A DNA stretch of 38,521 nt from Bacteroidota bacterium (GTDB lineage Bacteria > Bacteroidota > Ignavibacteria > Kapaibacteriales > UBA2268): positions 1 through 38,521 of the forward strand of contig DAHXMP010000478.1 of NCBI GenBank assembly GCA_027371665.1. Direction: 5' to 3'. The notes below the pieces were generated by a model, which worked only from the letters and a program-made list of their open reading frames with translations, was not told the origin of the DNA and did no database searches. How positions within the stretch are numbered: the first letter of the stretch is position 1; the number at the start of each line of letters is the position of its first letter. This document shows positions 9,183 through 17,827 of this stretch, one piece after another. The position numbers and the translations under genes are program-made.

Positions 9183-10577
9183 ATGTTCAATTTAATAAGC
9201 AGATACATATTAAGAAATCATGTTGCTCCGTTCCTTTTCGGAGTGTTTCTCGTTGTTTTCCTTTTCATATTCCAGTTTATACTGAAGAACATTGACCAGC
9301 TTGTCGGCAAGGGACTCGACACATGGGTAATTATACAGTTAATCGTTTTGAATACGGCATGGATGCTTGTTTTGGCCGTGCCGATAGGAGTACTGTTTTC
9401 GACGCTAATGACATTCGGCTCGATGTCCGCATCGCATGAAATAACAATATTCAAATCGAGCGGTGCGAGCCTGATAAAAATGATGACCCCGGTTTTAATA
9501 ACCGGAATTATTTTAACTCTTGCCCTTTTCTGGTTCAATGACCAAATCCTGCCGGAAGCTAATCACAGGGCAAAGGTTATGCTGAATGACATCACGAGGA
9601 AGAAGCCTACATTTTCAATCGAAGCAGGACAATTCTCGAATGCGATTGACGGATATACGATACTTGCACGTAAAGTGGATTCTGTTCACGGGACTCTGAA
9701 AGGTGTAACCGTTTACGATAACACGAGGGCTAAGGGAATGAATATTGTATCGGCGGACTCTGGCATTGCACAATTCACTCCGGACCAGTCAAAGCTTATA
9801 CTGAACCTGTTTCACGGGGAAATTCACCAGCTTTATAATAATGACCTGGCAAATTACAGAAGGATTAATTTTGATAAATACCAGATAATGATGAATGCAA
9901 GCGGATTTTCTTTTACGGAATCCAATGAAAATTCCATATCAAGGGGCGACAGGGAAATGCATATCCGTGACATGCAGAAAATTGTTGATGAAGCTGTTAC
10001 GGCATCAAACCAGGTTGACACGAATGTAAAAAAGCAGTTAGAAAAACAATACGATTATTTGATAGGTAAAGATAACCGTTCATCGAGGTTCTATGCAAGT
10101 GAAAGCCCCCAAAAACAAGACACAAGCCGTTTAGCGGCACTTAAAGGTGTGGACAAGCGTATAAATTTTCTCGAATCATCCGTAAATTCGATGATGCTGA
10201 GGAAATTCGATTATGCACTAAGAGCCAAACAATATATAGTAGAAATTCAGAAAAAATATGCCATACCATTTGCGTGTATAGTATTTATACTTGTCGGTTG
10301 TCCTTTGGGTATAGTTACAAGGGGCGGCAATTTCGGATTCAGTGCGGCAATTACTCTAGGTTTTTATATATTATACTGGGCATGCCTGATTGGAGGTGAA
10401 AAGCTGGCAGACAGGGCAATGATGTCGCCGGTGCTCAGCATGTGGCTTGGGAACATTATAGTAGGTGTACTTGGATTATACCTGACAATAAGGGTGAATA
10501 ACGAATCGTTAAAATTCAGCAATTTACCTGTAATAAAAAAAGTGAAGAAAATATCTTCTAAGAAAAAATCTCAGTAA
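9183..10577 (+). CDS. LPS export ABC transporter permease, LptF/LptG (YjgP/YjgQ) family
   Basis: N-terminal ISRYILRNHVAPFLFGVFLVVFLF is the typical family start. Three N-terminal TM helices, a large periplasmic insert, then C-terminal TM helices. Confidence 0.8.
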   Translation: MFNLISRYILRNHVAPFLFGVFLVVFLFIFQFILKNIDQLVGKGLDTWVIIQLIVLNTAWMLVLAVPIGVLFSTLMTFGSMSASHEITIFKSSGASLIKMMTPVLITGIILTLALFWFNDQILPEANHRAKVMLNDITRKKPTFSIEAGQFSNAIDGYTILARKVDSVHGTLKGVTVYDNTRAKGMNIVSADSGIAQFTPDQSKLILNLFHGEIHQLYNNDLANYRRINFDKYQIMMNASGFSFTESNENSISRGDREMHIRDMQKIVDEAVTASNQVDTNVKKQLEKQYDYLIGKDNRSSRFYASESPQKQDTSRLAALKGVDKRINFLESSVNSMMLRKFDYALRAKQYIVEIQKKYAIPFACIVFILVGCPLGIVTRGGNFGFSAAITLGFYILYWACLIGGEKLADRAMMSPVLSMWLGNIIVGVLGLYLTIRVNNESLKFSNLPVIKKVKKISSKKKSQ

Positions 10578-11905
10578 ACTATTTTAGAATGAATCAGCCT
10601 GATGAATGAAGCCAGAGAAGCAGGTGAAACAGCAAATCTTGCCGTATGAGTGCCGCGGTCATAGTCAAAATCATAAATTTCAAATTTCGATTGTTTTTTA
10701 ATTAATTTAGGGATTAAACCGCAGATTTTTTCATTCGCATTTATTACTGTAACAACCGAACATTCAATAACATCGGGTTTTGAAATTATTTCGGAAGATT
10801 TTAAGAGATAACCATGTTTTTCAGGTATGGTGATTTTATAGATATCGTGATTAGAAGATATTGAAAAAATTTTTTCGGGCAAACCTTCAAATGATTTTAG
10901 CCATCTATCCAAATTATTTTTTTCAATGGTTGAATTTATTTTAAATTGAAGCAGGAGGAGTTTTTCTTTGCTCACAATCAGAGGATGAGGCAATTCAACA
11001 CGACTGTTATCAACGATTGTAAAATCTCCATCGGGGGCGAAGGCTGAACGATAGATTAACCTAATGTGCTTTTCGGCTGCATTGCTAAGCATTTCAGGAT
11101 AAAGGAGCTTTAAACCGTTCACCGATGCTTTATATGCATCATTATAATTTAATTCTTTAATGGATTTTGTTTCTTTAACGATTTTCGGGTCGGCAGTTCT
11201 GAAACCGTTTACGTCGGTCCAAATAGTCAGTTCACCTGCACCGGCAAGCTGAGCGAATAAAGTTGCGGTAAAATTAGAACTCTCAATACCCATTGTGGTC
11301 ACTTCACCAATAAGATTTTTAGCAACAAATCCCTGGGTAAGTACAATTTCATGCTTTTCCATGGCAGGGAGCAATGTTGATTCGAAAATCTGCTTTGTTT
11401 CAGGGAATAATGGCTTTGAATTTCCGAAACTGTCATCGCTGACAATAAGAGATGTGGAATCAATACACTCGTGTTGATAACCCTGCTCGGCAAGGAAATA
11501 ATTAACGGTATGAAGTGCAAAGTACTCACCATAACTTAAGATTACATCGAGTGTCCGGGGAGTAAGTTCCCGTGTAATCATCAAGCCTTCGAGAAAATCT
11601 GAGATTTCATTTTTACCTTTTCTAAAGAGCTTTTTCAGGTCTTTTTGTTTTGAATCATCAGTCAATAATTGTTCAGCGAAAAGATTGTGTTCTTTAATGA
11701 TTTTTGATAAGATATTATATGAATCTTTTTCTTTGCCCTGTTCTGCTAAACGTGCAGCCGTTTCAAGCTTTCTTGTTGCTGATGAGAAAGCTGAAATTAC
11801 AATTAATAAAGGCTTACCGGAATAGTTCCTTATGATATCAACCATACGGTTGAATCCGCCCGGTTTTCCAAGAACAGCCCCTCCGATTTTAATTACATTT
11901 ATCAA
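10571..11905 (-). CDS. Aspartate kinase-like protein (amino-acid kinase fold plus ACT-like C-terminus) with divergent catalytic motifs
   Basis: VIKIGGAVLG start and TTMGIESSNFTATLFAQLAGAGELTIWTDVNGFRTADPKIV align to the aspartokinase core (TTLGRGGSDxTA...IxTDVdGvyTaDPRiv). TTG start in the track. The 3' end overlaps the LptF/G 3' end by 7 nt (convergent). Confidence 0.6.
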   Translation of the reverse strand: MINVIKIGGAVLGKPGGFNRMVDIIRNYSGKPLLIVISAFSSATRKLETAARLAEQGKEKDSYNILSKIIKEHNLFAEQLLTDDSKQKDLKKLFRKGKNEISDFLEGLMITRELTPRTLDVILSYGEYFALHTVNYFLAEQGYQHECIDSTSLIVSDDSFGNSKPLFPETKQIFESTLLPAMEKHEIVLTQGFVAKNLIGEVTTMGIESSNFTATLFAQLAGAGELTIWTDVNGFRTADPKIVKETKSIKELNYNDAYKASVNGLKLLYPEMLSNAAEKHIRLIYRSAFAPDGDFTIVDNSRVELPHPLIVSKEKLLLLQFKINSTIEKNNLDRWLKSFEGLPEKIFSISSNHDIYKITIPEKHGYLLKSSEIISKPDVIECSVVTVINANEKICGLIPKLIKKQSKFEIYDFDYDRGTHTARFAVSPASLASFIRLIHSKIVY

Positions 11906-11929
11906 CGAAAACCGTATTTATTAAAAAAA

Positions 11930-11937
11930 CAAAAATA
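11930..11937 (-). promoter_or_regulatory. Candidate -7 promoter element (TAnnTTTG) for the aspartokinase-like gene
   Basis: + strand caaaaata equals tatttttg on the - strand, 25 nt upstream of 11905. Confidence 0.3.
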
Positions 11938-11988
11938 ACAAGGTAATGTTATTATTACAATAAAATATTAATTATTTGCATTTTCGGC

Positions 11989-11996
11989 TATTTTTG
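11989..11996 (+). promoter_or_regulatory. Candidate -7 promoter element (TAnnTTTG) for the 12076-19900 gene cluster
   Basis: Exact tatttttg, 80 nt upstream of TTG 12076 and 98 nt upstream of ATG 12094. Confidence 0.3.
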
Positions 11997-12075
11997 CATT
12001 ATAAGACAGATTAAAACGTTAATAAATCATTTAATATTTACAAACCGGAAAATTGTAACTTTTTGAAGCTTTGGA

Positions 12076-15000
12076 TTGTCTAAAACATTAAGAATGGAAC
12101 AAATAATAATTTTGAAAGAATTGCTTAGAGAAATCGGAAAATATAAATTTTTGTTGCTGATAATTATTGTACTTAATATCTGTAATCTCCCCCTGAAAGC
12201 TAATTTGACAATTGAACTGGACACAATAGCTTCAGGAACAGTATACCCAATTGTTAACGCAGATAAATATCCACAGCTTAAAGTCAGGATGAGGGTCAGT
12301 AAAGACGGGAACATAATAAGTCTTTTGCCTTCAAACATCATATTTACTCAAAGCAACAGGGAAACAAAGCCTGCATCGGTAAATTCCGCAGACAACGGAT
12401 GGTATGACGTGAGCTGGTATTCTTTTTCCGAAGGTACGATAGGTGTTGTATGCACATACCAGGATGAAGCCGGAAAAGCAGACGGAATTTTCAAGGTCGG
12501 GATGTCACTTAAATTAAACATAAGGACCATAACAGACCAGGAAACCCCGGATTTGCAATTCGACGGAATTCCGCAGGGCATGCAACAGAGTAAAACGGTG
12601 AATGTGGTTGCGATGGCAGGGGAGCATGATTCATCCGGAAGAGAAACAATACTTCGTGTAGATTCAATAAAAACATACAGCCCAGATTTTCAGTGTTTGT
12701 GGCGGGGAAGTGTTATGAACCGAAACCTGCCGCCTGTAGGATTAATGCCAGGATTTAATTATAAAGTGAATTTAACTTATTCACCTCAGGATAATACCGG
12801 ATATCACAGGGATAAATTTAAAGTGTATTATGAAGGAGGCCTTTTTGAAGATATAAATCTTATCGGAGGTTATTTCAACATACCTGAGGCGTCTTACTTA
12901 CACCTAATACAGCCAAACGGAGGAGAAAGGCTGACACCTTGCCAGACATACACAATAAAATGGGAAAGATATACTCCCGGAATAAAAACAAATATAGAAT
13001 TAAGCACCGACGGCGGAAGTACATGGTCGAATATTGGTTCAAGCCCGGACTCAGCTTTTAACTGGACTGTGCCGAATTTTGCAACTGATAATGCACAAAT
13101 CAGGGTGAGCCAGGACTTAACATATACAAATCCTATCCTACTTACAAAAGATGAAATACCAACGTATAAAGTTGCTCACAGCTTTAACGGTTTAAAGCTT
13201 TTGGATGCAAATCTGGCAGGCATTGTCAGGGAGTGGGACCTTATTAATTATACTATGAAAGGTGAATATAAGATTGCAGATATATCATATCCCGGCAGAC
13301 AGATTATACCATTGGGGCTTGATTATACGGAAAGCGACAGCAGGTTTGCCGTAGCTTACAGGTATAAAAATCAGACAGGAGATAATATCGCATTTTTTGA
13401 TACAAGCAATTATTCGCCGGCATCTGTTGTACCGATTGACCCGAATTTTACAACAAAAAAAATGCTGATTGACCATAGTCAGCGTTACATGGCATTTGTA
13501 CCTGATTTTGGAAATACTATATTAATACATTCAGCGAAAGACGGAAGTTTCATAAGGAAACTTACATTTTCGGCACCGGTAACTGCCTTTGCTTTCAGTA
13601 CCGGGACCGATGAAGCCGTTGTTGCACTATTAAACGGGCAGGTAAGCTTAATTACACTTAATGATTTTTCAATATCAGATACCTTCGATTTTTCAGGTAT
13701 ACCTGTCATCTTAGAAATTGCATTATCCCCTAACGGGAAATACATAGCAGTGGGATGTATGGCACCAAGAAGCACAATTTTTATAAGCAACAGGAACGAA
13801 GTCCATGTTTATGATATTTCCACGAGACAGATTGTAAGGACATACAGGGAAACAGCAAGCGACCCTGTCGGATTAAGGTTCAATCCGATTTCGACTACTC
13901 TTGTTATTGGTTCCAAAACTCAACCACAACTAACGTTGTGGGACCTCCCTTCAAATAATACAAGTTCCGGGATGACAGGGAGCAACGGCTCACTGACAGA
14001 TATATCCTTTTCACCTGTAAGGGCATCAATTGCAACATCAACTGATTCATGGGACCATTTATGGATTAGAAACTTTTCATACCCCGAAAGGGATGGGAGT
14101 GATTCATCATTTACAATAGTCAGACCAGTATTAACGGTAAATCCGGTAAATGCAGGCAATAAATACGTAGCTACAAATAACGAATATGATATAAGTGCCA
14201 GTTTTTGCAACAGCGGCTCAATACCTGTTTTTATTAATAATTCTTTTTTAAAAAATGGTGTCAGTTTCAGAATAAAAGATACATTTCAGCCCGATTCGTT
14301 GTATCCGGGACAATGTATGGATATGAAAATCATCTTTAATCCGCAGGATACCGGAAAAGTTACGGACTCCTTAGTCTATTCATCCTGCATTGGAAATTTT
14401 TATGTACCAATTGAAGGGTACGGTATAAACAGGAACATTTCTTTTTATTTTGATACACTTGACTTTGGTGAAGTCTGCCTAAATAATAGCAGTACAAAAG
14501 AAGTATTGTTTATTAAAAATAATGACCCGGTCCCGGTCTATATAAATGGAATTTCAATACCGGATTATCCTTCTGCATTTAAGATAATAACACAGTTAAA
14601 AGATTCAATTCTAAATCCCGGGGAATCATTTAGTATAAAGTTTAATTTTACTCCAACAGCAATTGGCACGGTTAGTCAACTAGTCGAGGTATCTCATTCA
14701 TGGCTTCCGAAATTCACATTCAGGAAGAACTTTTTGAAAGGAACGGGAATAGGCTCGGAATTTGAAATTAATTACAGCGATTTAAGGTTTATACCCGAGA
14801 TTCAGGATAGAACAATAAAAATCAAAAATAATTCAAACAGTGACCTGATAATTAATACAATTGATATAACTCCACCGGGTGTCTTTAATGTTACTACCCC
14901 ATTACCGATTGTTATTCCCGTAAAAGGTGAGACTGATTTAAGTGTTCACTGGACAGGTGAGACAACAAACGATATATACATGCAGGTTGAAGGAAGCCCG

Positions 15001-15726
15001 TGCATATCTAAGCGCTATGTTGTATTAGGGATGTACGAGGGAAACTCCCTGCTGTCAATTTCACCGGTTCTTGCAGACCCGAGGGATAGTGCCATTATAC
15101 CGATTAATTTCACAAATTCGGAGAACAAACCTTATAATGGAGAGAGAACATTTGAAGCTATTATTACTGTTAATCCAAGAATGTTTCTTCCTGTTTATGC
15201 TTCGAGCCTGTACGGAACAGCAATGATAACCAAAAATGAAATTGTATATGACCGCAGGATTATAGGTGTAAAGGTTGACGGAAATTTCGACAGGGAGGGG
15301 GTTGTTGCCGAAATACACGGGTTAGCAGGGTTAGCAGAAACAGATACATCAAAAATAGAATTTGATTCCAGTTCTGTTTTTTGGGGAAAAGCAGTTAATA
15401 CTTTTACCGAAGGAGCATTATTTAAGTTAATTAATCTAAGCGGAACGAGAAGGTTTTTGCAAAATGGTTTAAGCCTTATTTCATTAAAGCCAAATCCAAC
15501 AGACGGATTTGTTCAAATCGCTATAAATTCCATTAATGCCGGTAATTGTTCGGTTGATGTGTTTGACGAGTTAGGAAACAAAAGAGAAGACACTATGAAT
15601 GAAGCTTTAACTGTGGGAGTAAATAATCTTTCGATTAATCTACCAGGTTTAAATACCGGAACCTATTACATGAAAATAAGCCGAGGAACAAGTGAGATTA
15701 CAGTGCCGATAATGATAGTAAAATGA
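12076..15726 (+). CDS. Large secreted surface protein: signal peptide, beta-propeller (WD40/PD40-like) region, several Ig-like (ASH/PapD-like) repeats, T9SS C-terminal sorting domain
   Basis: 1216 aa. Hydrophobic N-terminus KYKFLLLIIIVLNI. Propeller-like repeats such as LSPNGKYIAVG and ISFSPVRASIATS. Repeated 'F..V..G.S....F.I.N.G...L.I' style modules at aa ~700-950. Last ~83 aa (nt 15475-15723: LKPNPTDGFVQIAI...GTYYMKI...VPIMIVK) look like a T9SS CTD. Start may be ATG 12094. Confidence 0.6.
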   Translation: MSKTLRMEQIIILKELLREIGKYKFLLLIIIVLNICNLPLKANLTIELDTIASGTVYPIVNADKYPQLKVRMRVSKDGNIISLLPSNIIFTQSNRETKPASVNSADNGWYDVSWYSFSEGTIGVVCTYQDEAGKADGIFKVGMSLKLNIRTITDQETPDLQFDGIPQGMQQSKTVNVVAMAGEHDSSGRETILRVDSIKTYSPDFQCLWRGSVMNRNLPPVGLMPGFNYKVNLTYSPQDNTGYHRDKFKVYYEGGLFEDINLIGGYFNIPEASYLHLIQPNGGERLTPCQTYTIKWERYTPGIKTNIELSTDGGSTWSNIGSSPDSAFNWTVPNFATDNAQIRVSQDLTYTNPILLTKDEIPTYKVAHSFNGLKLLDANLAGIVREWDLINYTMKGEYKIADISYPGRQIIPLGLDYTESDSRFAVAYRYKNQTGDNIAFFDTSNYSPASVVPIDPNFTTKKMLIDHSQRYMAFVPDFGNTILIHSAKDGSFIRKLTFSAPVTAFAFSTGTDEAVVALLNGQVSLITLNDFSISDTFDFSGIPVILEIALSPNGKYIAVGCMAPRSTIFISNRNEVHVYDISTRQIVRTYRETASDPVGLRFNPISTTLVIGSKTQPQLTLWDLPSNNTSSGMTGSNGSLTDISFSPVRASIATSTDSWDHLWIRNFSYPERDGSDSSFTIVRPVLTVNPVNAGNKYVATNNEYDISASFCNSGSIPVFINNSFLKNGVSFRIKDTFQPDSLYPGQCMDMKIIFNPQDTGKVTDSLVYSSCIGNFYVPIEGYGINRNISFYFDTLDFGEVCLNNSSTKEVLFIKNNDPVPVYINGISIPDYPSAFKIITQLKDSILNPGESFSIKFNFTPTAIGTVSQLVEVSHSWLPKFTFRKNFLKGTGIGSEFEINYSDLRFIPEIQDRTIKIKNNSNSDLIINTIDITPPGVFNVTTPLPIVIPVKGETDLSVHWTGETTNDIYMQVEGSPCISKRYVVLGMYEGNSLLSISPVLADPRDSAIIPINFTNSENKPYNGERTFEAIITVNPRMFLPVYASSLYGTAMITKNEIVYDRRIIGVKVDGNFDREGVVAEIHGLAGLAETDTSKIEFDSSSVFWGKAVNTFTEGALFKLINLSGTRRFLQNGLSLISLKPNPTDGFVQIAINSINAGNCSVDVFDELGNKREDTMNEALTVGVNNLSINLPGLNTGTYYMKISRGTSEITVPIMIVK

Positions 15727-17675
15727 TAAGAATATTAAATTTGAACATAAACATAAAAATATATAGATTAATAATAATTTCGCTTTTCATCTTGTTTTGT
15801 CAAAGCAAATTATTCCCCGATGATAAATATTCAGATTTCATTCTTACCGGAGGTATAGGATTGAACTTGAATTTTCATCGTGGTAACTTTAAGGGTTATT
15901 CTTCTTATGCATATCTTAATCCGTCTTTCACAAACGGTTTCGGGCTTGGAGGAAGAATTTTTGCAGGTGCTGAATATATTTTTAAAGATAAACTGTTAGG
16001 TAAAGAACTTCACGGCGGATTTGATGTTTCATATTCAAACTTATCATCTACACTGATAAAGGATGAATTTATAGGTAATATAATAACAGAGAACACATAC
16101 ACTCAAGGAACATCAGAACATAAGCTTGAATCACACATATCTGCACTTATGATAGAGCCGAAACTTATAATTTATCCATTCGAGAATTTGCCTTTATCTG
16201 CTTTTGCAGGATTCCAATTCGGTATTCCAATGAATATGACATATTATCAGGAAGAAGGGCTGATTCATCCTGATTTTGGAACTTATGAAAACGGGCAGAG
16301 AGTCAGAGATACCTCTTCAGGCAATATTCCTTCTCCGGCTTCGGTTTATTTTGCCTTGTCTTTGGGCGTAAGATATGAAATATATAAATCGGATAATTTT
16401 ACGGTTCTGCCAGTCATTAATTTTAATTTTGGTTTGACAAACCTATCATCTAATGTTGATTGGAAAGCTTCAAATCTATCATTTAGTGCATTATTGCAGT
16501 ACAGAATTCCTTTACCCGTTAAGAAAACGAATCCGCCTCCTGTTCCACCTCCTCCACCTCCACCGGAGGAAAAACCGATGCATTTCGCATTAAATGTATT
16601 CTATAAGGATAAAAAATTAGAAGATGGAGATACGATAAAAGTCAAAGTTGTGGATACTTTATATATAAATAAATATTATGTCAGTCCGGTTATTTTTTAT
16701 GCGGAGAATAAAACGGATTTTGGAATTAAAAGCGGTAATCCCGAAAGTCCCGAGGATGCACAAAATATGAGCTACAGGGCTATACAATTTTATCTTGCAG
16801 AACATCCCAAATCAAAAATTAAAATTATTTCTTCTGCTATAAGTGATGAAGGAAGAAACACAGCTGCCAAGAGACTTAAAACATTTTTGAAAAAATTTAA
16901 TATTGATTCGTCCAGGATAACAAAAGATATAAAAATTGAAGATAAAAATAAATTCAGAATAAAGGAACTGGAGGATGAAAACAGATTTATCAAATTTGAA
17001 ACCGATGATAAAGAGCAGGCTTTAAATGTTACTTTTGATTCATCTCAAATCTCATATATTGATGATGTCAAAATTAATATTCTGCCGGACTTACAAAATG
17101 AAAGTAATAACAGATTTGAAGGAATAATATCTGTAAATGGACAAGAAGTTAATAAACTGGCTGATTCAGCGAGATATTATGACTTAAGCGGGTACCTGAA
17201 TAAAGATATTATTATTAACAACGGCAGAATTACGATTGGAGCTGATAACACAGATGTAACCGGTCAACGCATTACAAAAAAAATGAATATTTACTTAAAA
17301 GCGGAACCTTACCAGGCAAGGCTTGTTGAAAATTTATCATCAGGTGTACCCGGCAGGGAAGCATATCATGAATATATACTCGGTTTTTGCAAATTTGATA
17401 AAAGTGATTTTTACAGCATTAATTATCATGCCGTCAATGTAATTAAAGAGGCTTACAATTATGGAAGGAAAATAGAAATAATTCCATTGACCGACAGCCT
17501 CGGTACAGATGAATACAACCACATTCTGGCTGTAAAAAGGGCGGAATTTGCATCGAAGGTCTTGTCAATTGATTTAAAAAAAATAAAACTTACAATTCCG
17601 AACCGCTATTTATTCTCGAATGATTCTCCGGAAGGAAGGCTGATGAACAGGTCAGTCATAGTCAGAATATTTTAA
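15723..17675 (+). CDS. OmpA-family outer-membrane protein: N-terminal beta-barrel, poly-proline hinge, two OmpA-like C-terminal domains
   Basis: ATG overlaps the upstream stop (ATGA at 15723-15726). Alternating aromatic/Gly barrel-like N-terminal half. NPPPVPPPPPPPEEKP hinge (P-run at nt 16533-16565). C-terminal IIPLTDSLGTDEYNHILAVKRAEFASKVL matches the OmpA_C motif (TD..G....N..LS..RA..V). A more degenerate copy lies upstream (VIFYAENKTDF...ISDEGRNTAAKRLKTFLKK). Confidence 0.6.
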   Translation: MIRILNLNINIKIYRLIIISLFILFCQSKLFPDDKYSDFILTGGIGLNLNFHRGNFKGYSSYAYLNPSFTNGFGLGGRIFAGAEYIFKDKLLGKELHGGFDVSYSNLSSTLIKDEFIGNIITENTYTQGTSEHKLESHISALMIEPKLIIYPFENLPLSAFAGFQFGIPMNMTYYQEEGLIHPDFGTYENGQRVRDTSSGNIPSPASVYFALSLGVRYEIYKSDNFTVLPVINFNFGLTNLSSNVDWKASNLSFSALLQYRIPLPVKKTNPPPVPPPPPPPEEKPMHFALNVFYKDKKLEDGDTIKVKVVDTLYINKYYVSPVIFYAENKTDFGIKSGNPESPEDAQNMSYRAIQFYLAEHPKSKIKIISSAISDEGRNTAAKRLKTFLKKFNIDSSRITKDIKIEDKNKFRIKELEDENRFIKFETDDKEQALNVTFDSSQISYIDDVKINILPDLQNESNNRFEGIISVNGQEVNKLADSARYYDLSGYLNKDIIINNGRITIGADNTDVTGQRITKKMNIYLKAEPYQARLVENLSSGVPGREAYHEYILGFCKFDKSDFYSINYHAVNVIKEAYNYGRKIEIIPLTDSLGTDEYNHILAVKRAEFASKVLSIDLKKIKLTIPNRYLFSNDSPEGRLMNRSVIVRIF

Positions 17676-17827
17676 TTTAAGTTTTAAAAAAGATATTAAA
17701 CAACATTTTTATATAATTTGAAAAATAGAAGTTGATTTATATAATTAAATTCTTTAAATTAATATTGATTAATATTAATTTAATTATTATTATTTTTATT
17801 TAAAAATACTAATGACAAATCATTTCA

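Noticed and set aside
9098-9295. 65-aa ORF spanning the lptF/G start
   Set aside because: It overlaps the well-supported LptF/G N-terminus in another frame and has no recognisable features.
11906-12075. Lysine riboswitch (L-box) or other leader upstream of the aspartokinase-like gene
   Set aside because: The 170-nt divergent spacer is extremely AT-rich and lacks the GC-rich helices or conserved L-box core. It is also too short once promoter space is subtracted.
12027-12341. 104-aa minus-strand ORF overlapping the start of the large surface protein
   Set aside because: It is antisense to a 1216-aa ORF with a signal peptide and domain structure, and it has no motifs.
17758-17776. Tandem ATTAATATT(G/A) repeat upstream of the 17828 gene
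   Set aside because: It consists of two 10-bp units of pure A/T in a spacer that is more than 85% AT. That is indistinguishable from low-complexity sequence without comparative data.
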